DNA of 19,015 nt from Oligoflexales bacterium. GTDB taxonomy: Bacteria > Bdellovibrionota_B > Oligoflexia > Oligoflexales > Bog-1112. This document shows positions 8,235 through 16,109 of this stretch, piece after piece (position 1 is the stretch's first letter; each line of letters begins with the position of its first letter). The notes below the pieces were generated by a model, which saw only the letters and a program-made list of their open reading frames with translations, was not told the DNA's origin and made no database searches. The stretch is taken from positions 1 through 19,015 of the forward strand of contig JBGCEP010000084.1 of NCBI GenBank assembly GCA_045106415.1, read 5' to 3'. A program made the translations under genes and the position numbers.

Positions 8235-9646
8235 TATGAAGCACCTCCTTCAAAAAGAGGTGGATTCCGAGGGATGGGTGCTGTCCGCGCTGGACCAAAA
8301 ACTCGACTCAACGTGAATAAAAACCCATTTCTATGCCGCCCTGGAGTTTGACTACGAACATGATCAGCTCGTACGAGATATTCTTTATAGAATGTCACTT
8401 CTGAGCCAATTCGCGTTTCTCGCCGAGGCATTGTTGTTATCGAAGATCCAGGATAAAAACGATAGTCAGCATATAGATTTGCATACCTGCTATAATAACG
8501 GATACTACTTCTATATAAAAGAGAACTCCCCTCTGAGTCTTTTTTCTGACCAATTGCAAATCGAGTTGATAAGCCATGAACCCCAAGGTCTCGCACCCAT
8601 GGCCCAAGTGTAATTTCTTGGCTACCAGCTACAGACTCACTCGACGTTGTTTGCTCAAGCGATAACTGAACACTTAGTTTTTTTGAATACTTATATTGAG
8701 TATCAAAGTAAGCCATCGATCGAGCCTTAACATTTGCTCCATAAATTTCATCCCGTTCTAGTATAGATTGCTCAATATCACTGACTAATTGATAGCTTGT
8801 TGTGTTCGAATATGACCATAAAAAAAAGTTTGACCATTTTCCTAAGGTCCTAGAATATCCAAAACGCCCCTGTCTGATTCGCGCAGAGGGTGAAAGTTCA
8901 ACTTTAATATGCGAAGTTAAACGATGCCCTGTCCACGGAACCCAAATCCCAGTCTGAACACCAAGCATTTGAGAAGACTCAACAATAGGGTCAGGGTGAG
9001 ACGTAATCAAAATGCCACCTGTACCGTAGGCATAATAACCAGATGGTGATTTATCTTCATATTCTATATACCCACCACCTTGAAGGTCAGAACGAGATTC
9101 TCGGCGCAGCTGGCTTTTCGAATTTGTAAAATCAGAAACAATACCGATAAAGCTCTCAATTTTTATCTTCTTGCTCCATCTCATTCCTGTCATAAAACCA
9201 TCATGTCCTTGAACACCCATGGCTTTAATTGGAAAGCGTCCAATAACAGCCCCATATTTATATCGCCCTGTAGGCCTATGCCACGCAAGGTGGTGAGCTT
9301 GTATTTTAGACGAGGGGCTCAAAGTAGCACCATCTGCAACTTCACCATATGCATCATATAAATAACGGACATGAGACTTAAAATAACTCTTACCCACAAG
9401 GGTTTTCATTTCTAAAAGTCCAGAAGCATATTTCTGACTATTCGGCACACCTTGAAGACTCGAACCATCTTCAAAACCTGAGCTCCCCTGAACAATAGAC
9501 TCCCCATAATGAGTCTGTACACGTCCTGAAGTGGATACAGCAAAACCATCTGATCCAAGCAGCAGTAGTAAGACAGATGCCCATAAAGACCATCTACACA
9601 AAAATAGAGCGTTGTACGCCAAAACAACCCATTCCAATGAAAACAC
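8234..9646 (-). CDS. Probable outer-membrane beta-barrel (porin of a porin-cytochrome complex)
   Basis: A signal-like segment ends ...LLLLLGSDGFA. The remainder lacks TM helices and has many alternating polar/aromatic strands (e.g. AYFDTQYKYSKKLSVQLSLEQ, YANLYADYRFY, GFLFTLSRVFG). It sits between two multiheme genes. The true start is uncertain. Confidence 0.65.
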   Translation of the reverse strand: MFSLEWVVLAYNALFLCRWSLWASVLLLLLGSDGFAVSTSGRVQTHYGESIVQGSSGFEDGSSLQGVPNSQKYASGLLEMKTLVGKSYFKSHVRYLYDAYGEVADGATLSPSSKIQAHHLAWHRPTGRYKYGAVIGRFPIKAMGVQGHDGFMTGMRWSKKIKIESFIGIVSDFTNSKSQLRRESRSDLQGGGYIEYEDKSPSGYYAYGTGGILITSHPDPIVESSQMLGVQTGIWVPWTGHRLTSHIKVELSPSARIRQGRFGYSRTLGKWSNFFLWSYSNTTSYQLVSDIEQSILERDEIYGANVKARSMAYFDTQYKYSKKLSVQLSLEQTTSSESVAGSQEITLGPWVRDLGVHGLSTRFAIGQKKDSEGSSLLYRSSIRYYSRYANLYADYRFYPGSSITTMPRRETRIGSEVTFYKEYLVRADHVRSQTPGRHRNGFLFTLSRVFGPARTAPIPRNPPLFEGGAS

Positions 9647-9707
9647 ACTTTTATGTTACCACTGGATGACGGTCTTCCATTTTAAAGAAGACTTAAACAT
9701 TTGTTTT

Positions 9708-10109
9708 TTAAAGAAAATTAGGAGGAGACCAGGCAGGATATGCATGACAGCTCAGACAATCTCCATCAGCCGTATGACTTTCACGATCAGGCCTATCTAA
9801 TCCATGACAACCTAAACACGGTTCTCTTTCATCGTCTACGATATGTTTATGACTTAGAGGATCCCATTTATTGTCTACTTCATATTTATGGCACTCTGAA
9901 CACTCTCGCCCAAAACCATGCTTCACATCGTTAGCACTCGCAAGTCTTTCGTGCTCATGACACTCCGAACAATCCAAAGTAAATTTTTCATGATCGATAG
10001 AAGGGCTTTGAAAATTTTGATCCGTTACTTGTGGGCCTGCATCATTACGACAGTTCCAAAGGTTTAAGCACATAAACACAATAAATAACCTAGAAAAATT
10101 AAGATGCAT
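9708..10109 (-). CDS. Tetraheme c-type cytochrome lipoprotein
   Basis: The likely start is ATG 10109 (MHLNFSR...) with RBS GGAGAGG, overlapping the upstream stop; the ORF track starts at 10124. Lipobox-like LWN-C. CSECH, CSECH, CLGCH and CLSCH are arranged as two di-heme repeats, each ending in Trp. Confidence 0.9.
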   Translation of the reverse strand: MHLNFSRLFIVFMCLNLWNCRNDAGPQVTDQNFQSPSIDHEKFTLDCSECHEHERLASANDVKHGFGRECSECHKYEVDNKWDPLSHKHIVDDEREPCLGCHGLDRPDRESHTADGDCLSCHAYPAWSPPNFL

Positions 10110-11439
10110 CAGGCGCCTCTCCATGTTTCACATCAATTTTAATTCCAAGGTCTTTCAAAAATTTAAACGGAAGTTCAGCACCTGCAAAAACAAATAAATA
10201 ATGATTCTCTATCGTTCTTTTTTCATCTTGACTCACAATGGTAATTGTTTCTTTCTCAATAGAGTCAACAGATGTATTGTAGTGAACTTTCACTCTTCTT
10301 TTTTCAACATATGTCATTAAAATTGCTTTATTTTCTTCATTGCACCGATCTAAAAGATCTCCACGAACCAGAAGACGAACTTTATTCTTAAGGTGAACGT
10401 CCCCTAGTCTTTGAGCAGCTTCAACAGCAGCATTACCACCACCAACAATAGAAATATGACAGTTCTGGTACTGTTCTGGTTCTAATAAGTTATAAGTCAC
10501 TTTCGGCAGATCTTCATTGGGGAGACCAAGCTTTCTAGGGGTTCCTCTGACCCCCATAGCAAGAATAACTTTCCGTGCTCGTATCATTTTTTGAGATGTT
10601 TCAACCTCAAAAATATCTCCATCAGATGCCAAGTTAACAAACCTATGATTTTCATCAACATTCAACCGCAGCTTCCCCCGAAGACCGGTCCACAATTCCA
10701 TAAGTTCTTCTTTTGTTACTTTATTTTGACGAAATTTATAAGACCCTACAATCGGAAGTTCCAGAGGATACGACATCACAAGCTTCTGCCTCGGAAAATT
10801 TGCAATCGATCCCCCAAACTGGCCCTGTTCTAAACATAAATGAGAAACTTTTTTCTCCTTGCATGCCAAAGCAGCTGTGAGACCAGCAGGGCCCGAGCCA
10901 ACAATCAAAACATCAACATCTGCTATAAGAGATGAGTCCAAATTTTCAATGGCATGATAGGCAGCAAGCCGGCCTTGTTTTGTCGCATTACGAATCAACC
11001 CCATGCCACCTAACTCGCCAGCAATATAAAGCCCTTGAACATTGGTTTCATAGTTTTTATTAACCCTAGGAAGCTCCATACCTCGAGTCTTAGTTCCAAA
11101 CACCAATGTGATCGCACCAAAAGGACAAGCAGCTTCACACTCACCATGCCCTACACAAGCGGTTGGTGAGACCAATCGAGCCCGATCACCGACGAGCTTT
11201 AAAATTTGCCCTTCAGGGCACGCCCGAAGACAAGCCCCACACCCTGCACATAAAGCTGGATCAATCACAGGGTGTAAGGATTGAGGCTCAGATCTCTTCT
11301 CTTCAACAGCCTTTTTCCAAGCTGCCAAACCTTCTTTATTTTGTCTTTCTCTTCTTGAAGACATAAACCATGCCACAAAGACAAAAAATAAAAAGCCAAT
11401 AATTTGCAAATTTTCCAATAAGAAATAATAAAGCTGCAT
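10099..11439 (-). CDS. Membrane-anchored ferredoxin / FAD-NAD(P)H oxidoreductase (TrxR fold, circularly permuted, no CxxC)
   Basis: N-terminal TM helix; CAGCGACLRACP and CVGHGECEAACP; ETNVQGLYIAGE; DVLIVGSGPAG; ILAMG; IVGGGNAA. RBS GGAGGAG. Confidence 0.9.
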   Translation of the reverse strand: MQLYYFLLENLQIIGFLFFVFVAWFMSSRRERQNKEGLAAWKKAVEEKRSEPQSLHPVIDPALCAGCGACLRACPEGQILKLVGDRARLVSPTACVGHGECEAACPFGAITLVFGTKTRGMELPRVNKNYETNVQGLYIAGELGGMGLIRNATKQGRLAAYHAIENLDSSLIADVDVLIVGSGPAGLTAALACKEKKVSHLCLEQGQFGGSIANFPRQKLVMSYPLELPIVGSYKFRQNKVTKEELMELWTGLRGKLRLNVDENHRFVNLASDGDIFEVETSQKMIRARKVILAMGVRGTPRKLGLPNEDLPKVTYNLLEPEQYQNCHISIVGGGNAAVEAAQRLGDVHLKNKVRLLVRGDLLDRCNEENKAILMTYVEKRRVKVHYNTSVDSIEKETITIVSQDEKRTIENHYLFVFAGAELPFKFLKDLGIKIDVKHGEAPDAS

Positions 11440-11463
11440 AGAAACAACTCCTCCACAATACTT

Positions 11464-11490
11464 TTATCGGAAGGAAAAAAAACTTCTAGA
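11464..11490 (-). promoter_or_regulatory. sigma28-like internal promoter upstream of the flavoprotein gene
   Basis: On the minus strand, TCTA-N15-TCCGATAA, a 7/8 match to the GCCGATAA -10 box, in the 69-bp intergenic gap. Confidence 0.45.
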
Positions 11491-11508
11491 ATTTTAAAGG
11501 CATGATTC

Positions 11509-12384
11509 TTAGTTCGCCTGAAAAATAAAAGACGATGCAATATGAACCGCGACCGTTGTATACATAATCACAGCAAAAGGAGCATGAAAACTATGCCAAT
11601 GTGAAAAAATTTTTCGATAACTTGGTAAACATCGAAGCCTTATGTGAAGAAGACCCCACCTACAAAAAAATTTTCGTAATAATGGGTGGTCATATTTCAA
11701 TGACGGTGACCAAAATAAAAGCTTCCACTCTCCTAAGACTCCCCAAGACAAGATACTCACCTGTCCGACTCCTTTTAACTGCTGAGGATCACGACCTAAG
11801 GCTGTTCGAAATACTTTTCTATAAACATATTTCAAATGCTCAGGAAGAAGCGCTCCTTCGCTTTCATCTGCAAGGCGAGCAATTCTTGTTTCAATTTGCT
11901 TAATTTCTCCTCGTAATGAAGACTCGGCCTGGAGCATGCGGATATACAAAAATCGCCCTATAATTCCACTGATAAAACTACACATCATGGACCAAAAACC
12001 AACAGCAGCAAGTCCTTCGATACTCCCCCCTGTATGGAAGAAAATAAATGTTGAGCCTGTTAAACCAAAGAAGATGTGCCAATTCAGCCAAGCTTTTAAA
12101 TCAACCCCCTGATTACCCGATTGCAAACGCTTTTTTGCTATATAAAAATTTGTACAAACAATAAGAAAAAAACCAATCCAACCAAGGATATAACTAACAG
12201 GCTCACCAGCCTCTAGACTCAAAGCTTTGCCACACTTCTCACCATAAAAAAGGCATACCAGTATGGGCAGTGCCTGCGGCCAAGTAAAATCAAATCCGAT
12301 TGCGACATACTCATAAACAAGCCACAGTGTAATAAGAACCCAACATAGTATTAACGGCCTTAGGTTATTCAAAAAAAACCTCAC
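11509..12384 (-). CDS. Ferric-reductase/NOX-like transmembrane di-heme cytochrome b
   Basis: Multiple TM helices carry two H-x13-H pairs (WHIFFGLTGSTFIFFH and FHAPFAVIMYTTVAVH). A large soluble loop lies between them. The GTG start has a weak RBS. Confidence 0.75.
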   Translation of the reverse strand: MRFFLNNLRPLILCWVLITLWLVYEYVAIGFDFTWPQALPILVCLFYGEKCGKALSLEAGEPVSYILGWIGFFLIVCTNFYIAKKRLQSGNQGVDLKAWLNWHIFFGLTGSTFIFFHTGGSIEGLAAVGFWSMMCSFISGIIGRFLYIRMLQAESSLRGEIKQIETRIARLADESEGALLPEHLKYVYRKVFRTALGRDPQQLKGVGQVSILSWGVLGEWKLLFWSPSLKYDHPLLRKFFCRWGLLHIRLRCLPSYRKIFSHWHSFHAPFAVIMYTTVAVHIASSFIFQAN

Positions 12385-12785
12385 ATCATCGCAATTATAA
12401 ATATCGTAGCATAGACTCCGCCGAGGTGACCGTTCTCCACTTCAGCTACCAGATCACATCACATATCCGTAACCAAGCAAAAACTTTCAAAGCCTCAATT
12501 GGCATTCAATGAAGTATTTCTTTAACCTACCGAAGGCTATTGCTATAGCAAGGCGAAGTATTATTGATACACCTATAAGAGACCAAATACTGCTTTCACA
12601 AAAGTGATTTATCAACTTCTTTAAATGCTTAACACGCAAATAAAATCATCTAATGCTATATGATTACGACCAACAACCTTTCTGTGCGGAAAACTTTAAA
12701 ATTATTCAAATCTATGTCTTTTTCTACCATCTTCCAAGTTAACAAAAAACACTTCCTCTTCTGCCTATTTTTCGACTTCTGATCC

Positions 12786-12814
12786 TTGACACAACAATCA
12801 TCTTAAGGCATCCT
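12786..12814 (+). promoter_or_regulatory. Putative sigma70 promoter for the formyltransferase gene
   Basis: TTGACA (12786-12791)-N17-CATCCT (weak -10), then RBS AGGGG before ATG 12835/12841. Confidence 0.35.
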
Positions 12815-12834
12815 CACTAATAACATAGGGGATA

Positions 12835-13734
12835 ATGATAATGAGAAACATTGCTATTTTTAATATCGACAGTCACGCAAGTGCGTTAGCCATACAAGAT
12901 ATTTTAATCAAACACTGTGATGAAATAAAACTTCTAGTTCTTAGTAAGCCCATTGCAGCACAGAAAAAAAGTTTTTTAAAAGAAGTCTTAAATCACTTAA
13001 AAATTTCAGGTTTATCTTATGTGAATTACCTTACAGCAAATTTCTTAATCCACCCACACATGTGCCGTGCAGCAGAAATACATGGGAAAATTTTCAATAA
13101 AAAACCCCGCATGCGCCACTTAGAGACTCTTTGTACAGAGCTTGGGATTCAGTGCATTCGCACTGATAATGTGAATAGTTTAAAAATACAAACACTTCTC
13201 AAAGAGAAAAATATCGATCTGGTCACTGTTTATTACTTCGATCAAATTTTGAAAAAACGGCTTTTATCTGCCCCTAAAAAAGGCACAATAAACTTTCATG
13301 CAGCTGTCCTCCCTCACTGTAGAGGCCTTCATCCTATTATATGGAGTATCATACAAAATCAACCTTTCGGCCTTTCTGCACACACTATTCCTGATGCTCG
13401 CATTGACGCTGGCCCCATTCTTGCTCAAACTCAAGTCTTAAGTCAGAATGAACGTCATATTCTTTCACTTGAACAACACGTAAACCAAGCTGGTGTCTCT
13501 TTATATAGTGACGTCATTCAAAATTTAGACGTTTTTATGAAAGAAGCTCAAGAGCAAGCTAAAGGATCTTATTTTTCTCACCCAAAGAAGAGTGATCTTC
13601 TTCGACTTAAACGCCAAGGTTTTCAACTTATTCGATGGAGAAGTTGGTTCAAAGGGTATTTCACTCCCTCAATGCCACTCTCCACATACAAAAAAAGAAC
13701 TTCAGGCTTTATGAATTTTGTAAAAAACACATGA
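12835..13734 (+). CDS. Formyltransferase family protein (Formyl_trans_N domain)
   Basis: DLVTVYYFDQIL, GTINFHAAVLPHCRGLHP and IDAGPIL retain the catalytic N, H and D of N10-formyl-THF transferases. The N-terminus is unlike canonical Fmt or PurN. Confidence 0.85.
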   Translation: MIMRNIAIFNIDSHASALAIQDILIKHCDEIKLLVLSKPIAAQKKSFLKEVLNHLKISGLSYVNYLTANFLIHPHMCRAAEIHGKIFNKKPRMRHLETLCTELGIQCIRTDNVNSLKIQTLLKEKNIDLVTVYYFDQILKKRLLSAPKKGTINFHAAVLPHCRGLHPIIWSIIQNQPFGLSAHTIPDARIDAGPILAQTQVLSQNERHILSLEQHVNQAGVSLYSDVIQNLDVFMKEAQEQAKGSYFSHPKKSDLLRLKRQGFQLIRWRSWFKGYFTPSMPLSTYKKRTSGFMNFVKNT

Positions 13735-15934
13735 TTTCACTTCCGTCACCTGCAATAACATGTACAGACATATAAACTCTGCGAATCGGTATAAAAGAAC
13801 CAGATAATCGCAAATTACAGTTTGTAGAAAGTTCCCCACTCACTTTCATCGACGCATCACGTGTTGTGATAATATCACGACTTCTTTTTTTCATTCTTTC
13901 TTCTATTTTCAAGATAATTCGTTTGATTTTATCAAGGAAAGATATCAATTCTTCTTTTCTTTTTTTCTGTTTTAAACCCATTTGTTCTGGTCTTCTCGCT
14001 CTTAAGTCTTTTAAATTTCTTTCAAAAGGTTTTATATACTTATTAAGATATTCAACCCTCTCAGCATCACATATTTGTAGCGAGGTTAAAAAAGGACTCC
14101 CACCCCCATTCAACGTGGTTACTTGTCCAGTCTCTGTACCAATATTTGCACATTTTAATAGATTTCCCCAATGAAGCTCTCCACCTAGAATAGATGATTC
14201 TTTTTTTTCAAAATGAATATTTTTTTCTGCTAAAACATAACTAGATATTAAGCTTTCTCTTACAAAAAGGCTTTCTTGTGTCATTACACGAGAGTTGTCG
14301 GCAAAACCAATTTTCATACGCCCATCAGATCTTACGTAACTATCAGCAAGCACTCCCCCATCAACAGTAAGGTGACCATGGCATAAAATCATGGCTCCTT
14401 CTACTAATCCTGTAATATGAAGATCTCCTGAAACGTGTACCATCATTCCTTTTTCTACGTTCCCTCTGATTTCCACAGGAGACGTACAAAAGAAATGGCC
14501 GGATAAGCTATTAAGATTTCCTTCAAAAATAGTCACTTTCGTGACGGATAAATGAGCCGGTTCTAACTCAATCATTCCATCGTATTGGGCATAGTAGACG
14601 CCATTTCTATATTCAACGCCTTCTCCTAAGTGCATCAGATCTTGATGCTCAGGATATGAGAGATCAATCGGTTGTCCTCTTACATCTTTTCCATTCTCAG
14701 GAGGTGATTGATAAGAAATTCTTCCAATTTCTTCACCTTGGTTTATTTTTAATTTTTTATTCTTATCCTGATGTGACAAATGAAAATATGGAACTTTTCC
14801 TGGTACGGGATCTTTCGCCGTTGCGATAATATGATCTTGAACATAGCTTTCTTCTATCACTATATTTTGAAGAAAAGAAAAACTTCCTTGAGCTGTTGAT
14901 GGATCAATATAACAAACTCGTAAAAAAGCTGACCATTGTTCAATTTTTAGATCTTTTAATTGCTTCCAATCAATATTTTTTTTTGTAGATAAATAAGCCT
15001 CTTGGCTATTTTCACCAATGTATATTTGAAATGAATTTTCTAAAATTTTCTGTGTTGATGTATTAGGTATCTTTTTAGAGTAGCGTGGTAATAATTTTTC
15101 AGGGTCACCAATCATGAGCCCTGACTTTTGATTAAGTGCTGCTAATAATACAACAGGCAAATCCAGGCCAAACCTTTCAGGACCTCGCGTAGCAGATCTG
15201 AGGTTGCGAACTAAATTTGTTGTTAAAAAATTAAAAGAACCACCTATTTTAGAAGATGCTTTTGCCGCAAAATCTCTGGCGTCTTTAATAATATCTTCAA
15301 AATTCTCATCTCCAAGTATAAAGTCCATACGAAAAAGACGAAAAACAACATCTCCTCGACGAGTCAGTTCAAGAGTGTAAATTTTATCTTTAATATTCTT
15401 TTCACTGCCATGAGTTGAATATAAGAGTTCATCATGTATAGCAACACCAGATGATGCTCTATACCACAATCCATAAAGCTGACTCGCACTTGCAACATCC
15501 ATAATATGACGCTGCCTCAGCATGTAACCTACCTTTAGTTTAAAAGTTTTAAAACGCCAACTTGATATTTCTTTTGCTGACGCTGTTAAAGAAATTTTTG
15601 ATATCACACCAAGTTTCAACAACTTTTTATCTAACACTGGTTCAACTTGGATTCCAGGTAATGAAGGGGATCCAGTCGCAACTGTTAAACCCACCTTCTC
15701 ATGCTCTGGAATTTTGCTTTCTCTTAAAATTTTCCATAAACGACAAAGACGAGTTTCAAAAAACCTATAAAACTCTAGATTTCCAAGGTCAACTTCTTTC
15801 TCCAACTTAATAACTGCACGATCCATAAGATCTGAGGGAGGCTGATCTGACTGTGAGCAAATAAACCTGGAAAGTTCAACACGTACTCGATGTTGAGCTG
15901 GAATATAAATCATTTTAATGGATAAATCACTCAT
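13709..15934 (-). CDS. FapA / DUF342 family protein with long N-terminal extension
   Basis: PPENGKDVRGQPI, then beta-helix-like repeats (VEIRGNVEKG, GDLHITGLVEGAMI, GHLTVDGGV, ILGGEL, NIGTETGQVTTL) and a C-terminal coiled coil. The probable start is ATG 15934 with RBS GGAGGGG; the ORF track starts at 15946. Confidence 0.8.
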   Translation of the reverse strand: MSDLSIKMIYIPAQHRVRVELSRFICSQSDQPPSDLMDRAVIKLEKEVDLGNLEFYRFFETRLCRLWKILRESKIPEHEKVGLTVATGSPSLPGIQVEPVLDKKLLKLGVISKISLTASAKEISSWRFKTFKLKVGYMLRQRHIMDVASASQLYGLWYRASSGVAIHDELLYSTHGSEKNIKDKIYTLELTRRGDVVFRLFRMDFILGDENFEDIIKDARDFAAKASSKIGGSFNFLTTNLVRNLRSATRGPERFGLDLPVVLLAALNQKSGLMIGDPEKLLPRYSKKIPNTSTQKILENSFQIYIGENSQEAYLSTKKNIDWKQLKDLKIEQWSAFLRVCYIDPSTAQGSFSFLQNIVIEESYVQDHIIATAKDPVPGKVPYFHLSHQDKNKKLKINQGEEIGRISYQSPPENGKDVRGQPIDLSYPEHQDLMHLGEGVEYRNGVYYAQYDGMIELEPAHLSVTKVTIFEGNLNSLSGHFFCTSPVEIRGNVEKGMMVHVSGDLHITGLVEGAMILCHGHLTVDGGVLADSYVRSDGRMKIGFADNSRVMTQESLFVRESLISSYVLAEKNIHFEKKESSILGGELHWGNLLKCANIGTETGQVTTLNGGGSPFLTSLQICDAERVEYLNKYIKPFERNLKDLRARRPEQMGLKQKKRKEELISFLDKIKRIILKIEERMKKRSRDIITTRDASMKVSGELSTNCNLRLSGSFIPIRRVYMSVHVIAGDGSEIMCFLQNS

Positions 15935-15952
15935 TCTCCCCTCCATGAGGGC

Positions 15953-15979
15953 TTATCGTTAAATACAAAATTTTATTAA
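15953..15979 (-). promoter_or_regulatory. sigma28-like promoter upstream of the fapA-like gene
   Basis: On the minus strand, TTAA-N15-AACGATAA immediately upstream of the RBS. Confidence 0.4.
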
Positions 15980-16109
15980 AAAATTTGTTTTATTTTTTAT
16001 ACATGCAAAAAATTTTTTATCTATAAATCTAAAAAAAAACAAATATTCCAAGACCATACAAAAAAGAAAAAATATGCCAAAATATTTCTATCATCACAAG
16101 GAGAAACAT

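Noticed and set aside
5766..10109. Naming the cluster mtrCAB/mtoAB or omc genes
   Set aside because: Heme counts (30 and 4), motif spacing and barrel size do not match decaheme MtrA/MtrC or MtrB.
10099..11439. trxB (thioredoxin reductase) assignment
   Set aside because: There is no CxxC in the NAD(P)H domain, and the protein has a fused ferredoxin, a TM anchor and a permuted motif order.
12835..13734. fmt or purN assignment
   Set aside because: It lacks the Fmt N-terminal FxGTPxF and the PurN SGxGSN motifs.
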